From Octopus bimaculoides (taxonomy: Eukaryota): 64,000 nucleotides of DNA. The notes under the pieces are model-generated. The model saw nothing but the letters and a program-made list of their open reading frames with translations, ran no database searches and was not told the origin of the DNA. This document shows positions 12,240 to 23,784 of this stretch, one piece after another. The stretch covers positions 112,963,147 through 113,027,146 of the forward strand of contig NC_068983.1 of assembly GCF_001194135.2 (NCBI RefSeq), written 5' to 3'. The number at the start of each line of letters is the position of its first letter. Positions within the stretch are counted from its first letter, which is position 1. The position numbers were made by a program, and so were the translations under genes.

Positions 12240-12712
12240 TAAAAAGGGCCATCACGTGTAGTTTTGGAAAATTTCAGAAACCATGAAAATTTTGAAGGAT
12301 ATAGTGTCCCGATAGCTAACAACTGATCTGAGTAGTTTATTCATGCTTCAGCAATTTTGAGCGTGAAAAATGTTTTCAAAAGTTTAAGGTGTTGTGCTGT
12401 TTTCTGATTTTGTAAGCATGTCCAGGTATGTTAGGTATATTGAATACAAAAATGGTGCCTAAGGTTGTTGTTGGAAAGATAGTGGATAATCTTGTAGGTA
12501 TCTATGAGTCAGTTGTTAGACGTCAGAGTTTTAATGTGTCCATGCCCAGGCAAGCAAGACGTTCAGAGTATGTTGGATGTCTGATGGCGAAGTAATGGTC
12601 TGGTTGCACTTTTGTGAACAGTTTTCAGAAGTTCGATATTCTGAGCTAGATTGAGCTTCCAAACTGGTGAGGCAAACTCTAATTGTGGACGTACCAAAGT
12701 CATATACAACCT
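12240..12712 (-). mobile_element. CR1-clade LINE, 3' end of ORF2 (decayed)
   Basis: - strand reads RLYMTLVRPQLEFASPVWKLNLAQNIELLKTVHKSATR..YSERLACLGMDTL..TYKII..GHAYKI..FFTLKIAEA*NKL, the LVRPxLEyasxvW / YxERL / GH..K / FF..R...WN.L motif series. Confidence 0.8.
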
Positions 12713-14005
12713 TAGATAAACAGCAAATAAAAAAGGAAATGATGAGGGTGATGGATGAGGAAGTTACAGAAGAGAATGAGAGGGAGATAGAGAAGAGAGC
12801 AAAGGAAGAGAGAATGTCAGATCACAATGATGATCGTTGATAAAGTGATTCATTACAAGCAGCATGAATAGTGTAATGTGGGGGAGTGAGAGGTTGATAT
12901 GGCAGAACGTACCAGACGTGAGAGAGTGACTGAAGAAAGATATTGGTGGGAGAGTGACATTTATCAACGATGGGTGATAGTAGGGAAGTGTAAAGATATA
13001 TATCTACCGACTTTGAATGCTTACTAATCTTGTAAAGTAATATTAACATGAGTAAGAATAAGGAATTTGATTTCCCTTTTTATCCTTCTTTGTCATTTTA
13101 AATCTTTCTTCCTCCTTCAGGAGCTCAAATACGGTGAGATGTACGGAGTTTTAATCTCAGTCATTTGTCGTCAAAAGTTGTTCGAATTTTTAGTGTGTTT
13201 ATGAAAGCAATATTGCTGCCCGAGATCAACTAATCCTTCATTTATATTAAATGTGTGAAATGCCAAGCTAAATTACCTACGAATTCTATCTGCCTCACTT
13301 TTCTAGAAACGGAAGCTCCCTGTCAGCTCACATAACTGATTTATGCACCAGTGAGGTTCTCTAGTTACCTTCATTCTTATCAACTCTTATGTAGACGAAC
13401 GTTTGTTTTGCAAATGTCGGCACATCCTTCACCCTGGGCGTCAATAGCCTAGTTGTTTCCGTTTCCAATAACACACTTCTATGCACACATCTCCCGCCAC
13501 TCTTCTTTCATCTGCTCCACGCGAGAATCATCAACACACAACTGAAATTTCTCAAGTTAGGCGTGAACTTCCAGCACGAGCATTCTTTAAATATTCACGA
13601 TAACGTAGTCATCGTCACAAAAATACAGCCATTACACATTTCAAAGAAAAACCTTGTACTGCTAACTCATAAGTCAGAAACAACAGAAAATAAAAACCTT
13701 CAACGTCACTACAATTGCAAATCTTTACAATATGACCAGACTTAAAAAAGAAGTATGAAGGTCGATTCACTAGACTAAAAATTCTTCAAGCCGCAGCCTA
13801 ATGTAAAAGATAAAAGTAAAAGAGAAGTAAAAGATAAAATATATGACTGTGTGGTAAGAAACTTGCTTCCCAACCACATGTTTCCGGGTTCAGTCCCACT
13901 GTGTGGCACCTTGGGCAAGTGTCTTCTATTATAGCTTCGGGCCAACCAAAGCTTTGTGAGAGGATTTGGTAGACGGAAAATGAAAGAAGCCCGTCGTATA
14001 TATAT

Positions 14006-14370
14006 TTATTCTTATTTTCATCCTATTATTTCCCTTTATACTTTCTATATCCAACCTTTTCTAAAATAATTCCTTCTATTGAACTCAACTATTTCCCTCT
14101 ATTTAACACTCTCATATCGTCTCCGATGAAAGATGTCCCTAATATCTCAGAAACAGCTGTAAGGCTACCTTTCCTTTTATAAATGTCCTATAAGTTCCCC
14201 ACAGCCTTGGTTTTGTTGTCTCATGTTATTTAACACATACATGATCACACAAGATCCGCATTAGAAGCCTCATTCGTATTATTATCGAACCGAGAGTCTA
14301 ACTACAGTCCTCCCATAGCACTTACATAGCCTTACCTACCATCTTGGGCCTTCTGGATACTAATACCTCT
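14006..14370 (+). mobile_element. Penelope-type terminal fragment nested in the SINE
   Basis: Pyrimidine-rich tract followed by a hammerhead-like motif, absent from the intact SINE copy. Confidence 0.5.
14119..14165 (+). ncRNA. Degenerate minimal hammerhead ribozyme motif
   Basis: GUCU-CCGAUGA(U4>C)-A-AGAU guccctaat AUCU-CA-GAA-ACAGCUGU (perfect palindrome)-A-AGGC; GUA triplet. Confidence 0.55.
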
Positions 14371-15314
14371 CTCACATATATGCATGTATGTGTGTGTTCC
14401 CTCATCACTGCTTGACAACCGGTTTTGATGTGTTTACCTCCCCATAATCATCGATTCGGCAAAAAGAGACCGATAGAATAAGTATCAGGCTTTAAAAAAA
14501 AAAGTACTAGGGTCGATTCATTTGACTAAAAGCCCTTCAAGGTGGCGCTCCAGCATGACCGCAGTTAAATTACAGAAACAAGTAAAACAATAAAGGAATA
14601 TATATGTATGTATGTATATGTGTATGCATGCATGTGCGCTCGCATGAGATGAAGCCGGCGATCGGTGAAACTTGGAAGTGTTGATTGATACATTTCCGTT
14701 TAAAAAGGGATGTGATAACTAATTAGATATATTGAGTGAATCAACAATGTCTGAAGATTTTTATGAGCAAGCACATAAGAATAAACAATACGACGCACAC
14801 ATGCATACAAACACATACAAATATGTATGTATATATGTATACTAGCAGCTAAACCCGGTTTCACCCGGCCTATTTGGATGATATGGCCGTGATCGTTTTC
14901 GGTTAGGCATAATCTATAACAGCGTTTCTCAACCTTATCCTTTCGGGCCCTCTGTTTCCATTGGAGCCTCTTGCTGTATGAAGATTTCATCACCCCTTGT
15001 CACAAAATGGCTTCAGGAATTGTGAAGAAAGAATATTTACGTAGTCTGTTTCTGAGAGCTATTCTATTGGACATCTGTATAATCATTAAAACATTTATTA
15101 AATTATGAACATAGAAAGAAATTATACATTAATCCCAATTTTTGCAAGCAGTTGTATCCGTAAAAAGATATATGAAATGGACGTGCGTGTCTGTGTATGT
15201 GAGAGAGAAAGAGGGTGAGAAAGAGAGATAGAGTGAATGAGTGAAGTTGTGTGTCATTGACGTACGTTGGCTTTTACGGCGGCAGATGACTGAGGTGATG
15301 AGGAAGATGTGAAG

Positions 15315-15580
15315 AAATGCGTTTCTTTGTAGGCAACGTTTCTCGTTTTCCCTTCTGATGTACAAAGACTTTGTGGCCTGCCAACACGTGAGCAGCCAAA
15401 ACCAACCATTTGCAATGATTGACCCTGTGCCTTATTTATTGCCATTGCAAAGGAGTTTGATTAGAAATTGAAGCTGCTTAAACTTGTAGATCGTATTGGA
15501 AGAAGGGAGGGACATTAGAGTTATAAGAACATCTTCACCAGCGGCCAGTCCATTCAAGATGGTTGCTTGTAGAACACGGG
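15315..15580 (-). pseudogene. Helitron RepHel Pif1-like helicase C-terminal remnant (frameshifted)
   Basis: QATILNGLAAGEDVLITLMSLPSSNTIYKFKQLQFLIKL..AINKAQGQSLQMVG..CSRVGRPQSL..EGKTRNVAYKE matches the ATILTG...GE.VLIPRI / FKRLQFP / AMTINKAQGQSL / SRV / T.NVVY.E motif series. Confidence 0.8.
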
Positions 15581-15602
15581 AGTATAAATATTGATTATAA
15601 TG

Positions 15603-16039
15603 CGGAACTTTCCAGGAAGTACCGCCCTCGGAACTTTCCAGGAAGTACTTCATCCTCGGAACTTTCCAGGAAGGCCTCGGAACATCCCAGGAAATCCCAT
15701 CCTTGGAACATTTCGGCAAGATCTGGGGACTTTCCAGGAAGTCCCCTTCTTGGAACTTTCCAGGAAGTAGCTCATCTTCGGAATTTTCCAGGAAGACCTC
15801 GGAAATTTCCATGAATTAGTTCGCCTCGGAACTTTCCAGGAATACCTCATAGCTTTGCAGGAAATTCCATCCACGAACTTCCCGGGAAGTAGTTCAACCT
15901 CGGAACTTTCGAGGAAGGCCTCGAAATTTTCCAGGAAGTCCCATCCTCGGAAATTTCCAACAAGTATTTCACCCTGGGAACTTTCCAGGAAGACATCGGA
16001 ACTTTCCAGGAAATCCCACCCACGGAACTTTCCAGGAAG
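15603..16039 (+). repeat. Minisatellite of 18 units of CGGAACTTTCCAGGAAG with spacers cycling 11/4/9 nt (about 75 bp higher-order repeat)
   Basis: Units counted directly. Spacer classes tagttcatcct / gcct-acct / tcccatcct recur mostly in A-B-C order. Confidence 0.9.
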
Positions 16040-16696
16040 TTTTAAGTAAAATTTTGTTGGTCAATCAAATTTTTACTAAATATTTTTCAGCATGAAATAC
16101 GACTGATGGAATATGTAATAATCCTATGTGGTAAAAAACCAAACAACACTTGATTGACAGAAACGCAACCGTTATGAGGGGTTTAATTTTTAATTCTATT
16201 TCTATGATCTTGTGTTATGCTGGAATGAGACCCGATGTAATCTGAAAGTATCTTAAGTAAACTTGAATATTTTTAGAAGAAATATATTCAACAATTATTT
16301 CATTTAGCATCAAATGATTTATGAAGTACATTAAAATTATTGTTATTGTATCTTCTATGATAGAATGCCTCGTAAAAAGGACAATTGATTGATAGCTGTT
16401 GTTGTTCCAATCTAATCAATGATGTGGGTCATCTATCAATGTTTTGCTCAATGAAAGCTCATCTAACCTGAACAATTACCATTTAATGTGGAAGTTGGTT
16501 TAGTGCCAGATTGTGCTTAGATATTAACTTTTCAAACGTTTAAATCCTTTTTTTCCGGTCTAGAAAGTGTCAAACAAGAACACATACATACACATATACA
16601 TACTCATATGTTTGTATATATATTTATATGTGTGTATACGTTCGTGGGTGTGTACGTGCATGTGTGCATGTGTGTGTGTGCGTGCGTACGTGTGTG

Positions 16697-16749
<53 letters not shown>

Positions 16750-18845
16750 AAATGGTAGAAACAGTAGTTATTTAAGATGTGGTTTGGTAGCCTGGTGTTG
16801 CTTATATGGTAATAAAATGTTAGCCAATGAAACACTGAATTTGATCAGCGATTTTCGCTGTAGATACTCTATCTCTATTATTAGTAAGACTAGCACAAAG
16901 TGTATTATTTAAAGTATGCTGTTTCTATTTGAAAGATTGTAACGATAAATTTTGTCGCAACATTGACTATATCTATTTCCAGTGAAGATAAAACCATACG
17001 AGCTTAGAAAGATACTTTTTCTCATATGTGAATTTACTAGACACTTTGCGCAGTCAACCATTTTCTTCAGTAATAGGACACATTTTATTCCGTGTGGTCT
17101 TTGCTTTGTACTTTTTCTTCGTAGAGGATAAGTTTATGGTGTATAGGTGTATAGGTAACGACATACAACGATGATCTTGAAAAATGTATTTCACACTAAA
17201 TTTATTGCTAGACATAGAATATAACAATAGTATTTTGTGGACTGTCTTTTTTCGTAAACGATTCTATGTGACTCAAACCCAGTTTTATACATTCATATTT
17301 TCATCTAGTGATCCTAAACAAGTAGATAAACGATGTTATCAAGTTTTATTGCAAATAATACACACACACACACGCACGTACGCACGCTTACACACGCACA
17401 CACACATAAATATATTATATATATGCTTGTTACTCTATTCTATGAAAATCTTAGTAGATGTATGAAAAATTTGCAGGTTAATAGTTGGGTATTACGTGTG
17501 TAGTAAGGCGTTATTTAGAAGAAATATCCAGCTGTAATATAAATCAGGGTTTAGAGAAAATGGTGCACTATTATGTTACACGCGTTGATGATATTATGGA
17601 GATAAAATATCGTGTAATATGTTCTGAGTAAAAATTTATGCCCCACAACTAAACAATACCAGAAAATGCTGAAATATATGCAGATGATCATGACAACAAT
17701 TGTATTGTTCTGTCCATTACTTCATATGGCAGAGGAAGAGCAACATGTCAGCAGAAATTTGTGAGTTCTGTAGATCTATCGGACTACAAGCCAGAGTTTA
17801 TACAGGGACCTACTATGGGCCATTAAACCTTATTTATAGGCAATAAACCAAAATGACGTCTAGAGGGCGTTACTTAATAAAATACATAACTGAAAATGAA
17901 AATTGGAATGATGCGGACATAATTCTTGAATATGCTCCATTGCATGCTCCAACTTACTCCAAGGTGGAGCAAGTAGGAACAGTCTTAATGTGATGTATCT
18001 AGGGAAGTGTAACGGAGATGAGTAAATGAGGAAATGCAGAAATGATATACGACTTGAGATGAAATGCACTGGTGAGTGACAATTTATTCTCCGTTATAAA
18101 ATACAATGATTGTCATATATGAATTAAAGTAACATAATAGGTTACAACAAAGATGTGTGAGAGACTTCACGGTTAGGCTGGACATGGTTGACGTACATTT
18201 TGGTGGTGTGTAGAGCCGCTGGTCTCTTGGTCGTGTGGTCTTCATACAGCAATGATGTAGACAGGCGTCTGGTGGAGAAGATGAAAGCGGAGGCTGGCTG
18301 GTTGGTGTCAGATACATCGTTCCCGGAGACGAGTAGTGTGTGGTCAGTGGCATGTGCCAAAGACCTAGAGCAGTCGAGAACTGCCGTTCTTATAGAGATC
18401 AGTAGGCTCCCAGGAGCTGGTGATTAATTTCCCGCGTAAGGAAAAATGAACTGTTGCGCCAACTCGATTGAACGGCAGGAAACCGACCAATATAAACAAC
18501 AGGTTCGTTTAATCACGTGATCATGTGATCTGCTGGAACGAAAAGGCTTGTGGAATCGATATTCGGATATTTAAGCCTAGATGAGTCAAAACGAAAACAT
18601 CTCACGCATAAGGACAATGTAAATCACTTCTGCTATATCAGCTATCAACTCTCAAAGATTTTTAAGTATGGAGAATTAAGAGAAATAATGCATTTAGCAA
18701 TAGCTCCAAGATGGTGATATAGTGATCTCGAAAGAGGACATGCAAAATCTTTCATACTGAAGTTTCTTTAAAGAATTTTCAATGCATTTAATCATTTACA
18801 TTATTTACATTTTGACGGATATTTGACCTCATCTTGTTTGTAGTA

Positions 18846-18891
18846 AACACAACGTTTCGGCTGATATACCCTCCAGCCTTCAACGGGTGAT
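18846..18891 (-). ncRNA. Hammerhead motif, - strand copy (core mutated CUGAUGA>CCGUUGA)
   Basis: AUCAC-CCGUUGA-A-GGCUG gaggguauau CAGCC-GAA-ACGU-U-GUGUU. Confidence 0.55.
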
Positions 18892-18939
18892 TGTGGGGAA
18901 ATTTCGAACCTGGGTTTTCATTCCTAAAGTATTTTTCGA

Positions 18940-19016
<77 letters not shown>

Positions 19017-19179
19017 TCACTGCCTGTAATCGAACTCGGAATCTTGGGGTTAGTAGCCCGCGAGTTTGATTCCAGGCAGTGACCTGAATAATACTAATGT
19101 TGATGATGATGATGATGATGATGATAACAACAACGAAAAATACCTTAGGAATGAGAACCCAGGTTCGAAATTCCCCCAA

Positions 19180-19225
19180 GACACCTGATGAAGGCTGGAG
19201 GGTGTATCAGCTGAAAGGTTGTGTT
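19180..19225 (+). ncRNA. Hammerhead motif, + strand copy (core intact, stem III mutated ACGU>AGGU)
   Basis: GACAC-CUGAUGA-A-GGCUG gaggguguau CAGCU-GAA-AGGU-U-GUGUU; stem I GACAC/GUGUU. Confidence 0.6.
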
Positions 19226-20708
19226 AACAACAAACAAGATGAGGACAAATATCCGTCAAATGTAAATAATGTACATAATTCCTCATCTCTTAAATATAGA
19301 ACTGTATTTTATCTTTTGTTCTGAAGGAAAATGCCGTGTTGGGCCTATATTTTAGTAAGTAAGCTGAAATACGAAACTGACAGAAGGAAATACCAATAAA
19401 CGGAACGAAACAATAATTCTAGTTTGTATGTTTTCGTCATCAGCGTTCTTTTAGGTCAAAATTAGACTTACAGAATCATTTTAAAGAACATGGATGGAGT
19501 CATTGCAATTGAATTTTTGACACCAAAAGATGGTAATGACAATGGTGGTTGTTAAAGTATAAATGGTTCAGTTCTTTCTTTAATTTCTATGTTATTAGCA
19601 ATCGTTACAATTTCTAGGCCAAGAGCCGATTATTTTATCATCATTTATTTTCCTTCTTACATATCATTTTCTGCTATCATTTTATATTTTTCGTTAATCA
19701 TCAGTTATTTATTTCTTATCCCTACATTATAGGTATCCCTTTACTGTGATATGCTGAACATATATAGTTTTATAAGCATAAGTTAATCATCATTATCCTT
19801 TACTATGTTTTTTGTCAATCAATATACGACAATTTCTAAATTTGAACAGTTGTTACCGAACATAGGTAACTATTACTCCTTTTAAATTTAACTTAGTTTC
19901 TTTTTTTATATTTGTAAATACACAGAGAAAACCCTACAACTCATTGACGATATTAATCCTAAGTATATTTAGGGGCCTTGTAGAGAATACAGTTATCGAA
20001 CCTTTATAAATGAAACCTCCACAACATATGAGAAATGCTGGCGAATTAGCAGAACCTTTAGAGCACTGGGGGAAAATGCCTTTCGATATTTGTTCACACT
20101 CTTTACCTTTTTGAGTTCAACCATTTTTAACTTTGCTTTCCCCCACCCCACCCCACCCCATGTATCGATAAAACAAATTATTAGTCATGTACTGGAATCG
20201 TGGATATCGACTGACACTTCATTTGAAAACTTCTGNNNNNNNNNNNNNNNNNNNNNNNNNNNNNNNNNNNNNNNNNNNNNNNNNNNNNNNNNNNNNNNNN
20301 NNNNNNNNNNNNNNNNNNNNNNNNNNNNNNNNNNNNNNNNNNNNNNNNNNNNNNNNNNNNNNNNNNNNNNNNNNNNNNNNNNNNNNNNNNNNNNNNNNNN
20401 NNNNNNNNNNNNNNNNNNNNNNNNNNNNNNNNNNNNNNNNNNNNNNNNNNNNNNNNNNNNNNNNNNNNNNNNNNNNNNNNNNNNNNNNNNNNNNNNNNNN
20501 NNNNNNNNNNNNNNNNNNNNNNNNNNNNNNNNNNNNNNNNNNNNNNNNNNNNNNNNNNNNNNNNNNNNNNNNNNNNNNNNNNNNNNNNNNNNNNNNNNNN
20601 NNNNNNNNNNNNNNNNNNNNNNNNNNNNNNNNNNNNNNNNNNNNNNNNNNNNNNNNNNNNNNNNNNNNNNNNNNNNNNNNNNNNNNNNNNNNNNNNNNNN
20701 NNNNNNNN

Positions 20709-21560
20709 TGGTTAAATTGTCACCTTTTTTTAATTTTGCGCATTGTTTCTTTTTTATTTTGTCGAGTACACAGTATAGTAGGGTCAGTTAGGCACCGTTT
20801 GTGAGAAAAACAACACCATGATGCAATTCACTCTGACAGAAATTTGGACACGGCATGCTGTACTGCTTGACATTCGCGCCGAAAGCTCCAATACGAACAT
20901 TTCAGAGTGTTTGGGTGTCAATCTGAGAACAGTGCAATCTGAGGATATGTACCGAGAGTTATAAAAATAAAAAATCCAGTCGACATCATGGTGTTTGGAG
21001 TTATGTCTCCAGTCATCTCCCCACACGGTCTCAAACTCAAGATGGAGGCCTACATCAAGTGCCTAGAGGAGGTATTAGTGCCCTGGGTGAAGAGAGTGGC
21101 TGCTGGAAGACCCTATGCCTAGCAACAGGACTCTGCACCATGCAACACAAGCAGCAGAAATCAGTCATGGCTGTCAGACAATTTCTGAAACTACACTACT
21201 CCTAATATTTAGCCACCTAACTCCCCAGACTGCAACCTCCTTGATTATTATGTGTGGGACATTGTTGAACGAGAGACCAAACAAAAAGAAAAACACTTTG
21301 TAACACCAAGGATGAAACGAAGGCAAGTATCATGGCAGCATTTACCAACTTAAACAAGGGGACCGTCCAGAAGATTTGCAAGAGACTCCGAAGTCGTCTG
21401 GAGGCCATGGTTGAAGTCAATAGCAATTTTATTGAATAGATTTACTCTTTAGTATTTCAAGATATATTTATAATTTTGGTAAGTATATCTGTTAAACTGA
21501 GATGTCAGTATTATTTTCATTTTTGCGTGATTTAGATGACAGTTTATTGACCGCACCCTA
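20709..21560 (+). mobile_element. Internally deleted Tc1/mariner DD37D (maT-type) transposon
   Basis: Reads ...QQDSAPCNTSSRNQSWLSDNF*NYTTPNI*PPNSPDCNLLDYYVW..., with 37 residues between the 2nd and 3rd catalytic D. 3' TIR ...gaccgcacccta followed by TA; the 5' end runs into the N gap. Confidence 0.85.
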
Positions 21561-21638
21561 TATATATATATATATATATAATAAAGGATAAAATCATTAA
21601 TAATTTTACAAGGTGGTCAGCGCGGAAATAAAAACCTC

Positions 21639-21786
21639 ATATACATAATTATAACAAGAGATTGGCTTTACGCTTCAATACGCACCGTAGAAATAGAGAT
21701 TTTAAGGTGGTAATAGGGCTTTTGGCGTCTATTTCTACAGCGCGTGGTGAGGTCTAAAGCCAATCCCTTGTTATAATTATGTATAT
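21639..21786. repeat. Imperfect foldback inverted repeat (arms about 60-70 bp, loop about 30 nt)
   Basis: tatacataattataacaagagattggcttta pairs with taaagccaatcccttgttataattatgtata (1 mismatch); gtagaaataga pairs with tctatttctac. Confidence 0.8.
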
Positions 21787-23784
21787 AATTGTAAAATATT
21801 TTATACATACCTTCCTCTTTCCATTATTTAATCATTCTTCATCAACCTTAATTTAAATTGTATTCTAAAATTTCATTTAAACTTTTGGCTCATCACTTAT
21901 GGTTAGCACATATACTTTCATTAATCTTGACGCATAACGTAAAATCGTATGTAAAAGATTAATATAATTGAAAAACTTAAAATTTAAGTTCAAACCTTCT
22001 TACTGGTTTATCAACACCTACATAAGAAATTCTTCTGACTCATGTGAAATTATTCTGATAAGAATTCTTGTATGGTTGTCGATAATATTTTAGCACAAAT
22101 TAATCTACGCCAGCGGTGTTTTTATTGTGACTATCCCAGAAATTGATAACTCCAACTTTTGTATATTTACTTTTCCCACATCTATTAATCTATTGCTATT
22201 TTGGTTGCTAATACAACTATACCTATAAACCTTATAACTTTTATTATCACAGTTTTTAAAAAAGGCAGAAAAAATAAATATAAATTGGTGGTAATTCTCT
22301 AGTAATTAATGCTTTCATTCGATATGATGACTAAACTGGCATTAACTTTTGTATTGAAGTTTGTAGGTTTTACTATTCGTAAGAATAAGCACTTTCACTC
22401 TCGCTCTCTGTCTCTGTCCCTGTCTGTCTGTCTCTGTCTCTCTGTCTCTCNNNNNNNNNNNNNNNNNNNNNNNNNNNNNNNNNNNNNNNNNNNNNNNNNN
22501 NNNNNNNNNNNNNNNNNNNNNNNNNNNNNNNNNNNNNNNNNNNNNNNNNNNNNNNNNNNNNNNNNNNNNNNNNNNTATATATATATATATAGGCGTATAT
22601 ATATATATATATATGCGTGTGTGTGTGTGTGTGTATGGGTGTGTGTGTACGTATGTATGCATATATGTATGTATGTAAATATACACATATACATGCATGT
22701 ATGTAATATCTTTCTATATAATACATATATGCACAAAATACACATACAAACTGACACAAACATACAATATATTATTTCTGTGTATCAGTATATTGTATGT
22801 GTATGCAAGCGCCTTCATTTTTATTTCTAGTATTAAAAAAATAAAATCTTATTGACTAGACATACATAGTAACACCAGAAATAACAATGCATCTACTTTA
22901 GTATTCATATATGTGAAATATTTTGAATTGTTTGAAAACGTAAAGCGTCTTACGAGATGTTTTGTTTTGAAAACATTAATACTTCATTCCTATAGCCTCG
23001 ATGACTGTGCAGACTTCCTAGGGCACAGTAACCTCAAGATGGTCAAGGCTTTGTGAGTGAAATTTGGTGTATGTAAACTTTATCAAAAACTCGTCGAATC
23101 GTTCAATCGTGGTGAGTAGACATGTCCTGCCACTTAACGTGATCCCATCATCTGACCCTTGTAGCGTTTCTAAATGCTACAAGTTTTCGCGTCAGACCTC
23201 GATTTGAGGATTACTTCCTGCCTTCGCCCGACCGGTCTCTGTGACCCTGCTAATGCGCAATACCCTTCCTTTTCTGATTGACTATAAACCAAAAAGCAAA
23301 GAAAATTCATACAAATCAACTTTGTTTTTGTTCTCTTTGAGTACAATACTTTGTTATTCTCGTATTTCACTCTCTTGTTAAAGGACATGGTACTTGAAAA
23401 AGATCGGTGTCTTATCCTGGAGTATAGCCTCAAGTCAACTTTAACCAAACAGGCATTTCATAAAACGTGTTCCAGCTTTTTCTTACAAGAAACAAGTTTC
23501 TTGGAATCTTTTCTGTTCGGCTTCCAGCATTTCAAAATTTATCGAAAATTTTTATAATTTCGCACATTAATGAAATTTTCTAAGCTGAATTGATGGAGTT
23601 ATTTTACATCTTCCCCCAAGAATGTTTTTAAAAATTTATAGAGGTCTAAAGTTTGATCATTTTCACTCAGTCAGGAAACAGGATTTGGAAGCTGTCACTT
23701 TGTGCGTCACTGCACATTTTGTCGTCAATATCCTGAAAATAGCACGTGTTGTCAATATTTGTATTCTACACGCGGAAAACGAGT

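Larger units (their letters stand above)
13846..14598 (+). mobile_element. SINE family A (Octopus OR1-like CORE-type tRNA SINE) split by a ~365 bp insertion in its central (TA)n tract
   Basis: 13846-14005 matches the 5' half and about 14372-14598 the 3' half of the intact copy at 48420-48845. Confidence 0.8.
14842..16040 (-). mobile_element. Non-autonomous Helitron (3' end at 14842; 5' end not located)
   Basis: - strand ends in hairpin CCGG gtgaaa CCGG, a short spacer, then CTAG|T. Contains a helicase C-terminal remnant and an internal minisatellite. Confidence 0.75.
18794..19305. mobile_element. Head-to-head inverted dimer of a tRNA-headed element with (AAT)n linker and hammerhead-containing tail
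   Basis: 18794-19040 is the reverse complement of about 19060-19272, apart from the microsatellite. B-box GAGTT(C/T)GATT(C/A)C in both copies; anticodon-arm-like GGG CUACUAA CCC on the - copy. Confidence 0.8.

Noticed and set aside
15603-16039. CRISPR-like repeat-spacer appearance
   Set aside because: Eukaryotic context, 17-bp units, and short spacers that recur in a fixed cycle rather than being unique; no cas genes. It is a minisatellite.
15432-16049. ORFs of 64-126 aa across the minisatellite
   Set aside because: The 75-bp periodicity keeps frames open; only the helicase-like end (15315-15580) has homology.
17650-18080. Short ORFs (for example MLKYMQMIMTTIVLFCPLLHMAEEE) and two GTGAGT donors
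   Set aside because: Several mutually exclusive frames with stops and weak acceptors; no consistent gene model.
18887-19324. Poly-Ile, poly-Leu and poly-Met ORFs
   Set aside because: Translations of the (ATT)n/(GAT)n linkers in the inverted dimer.
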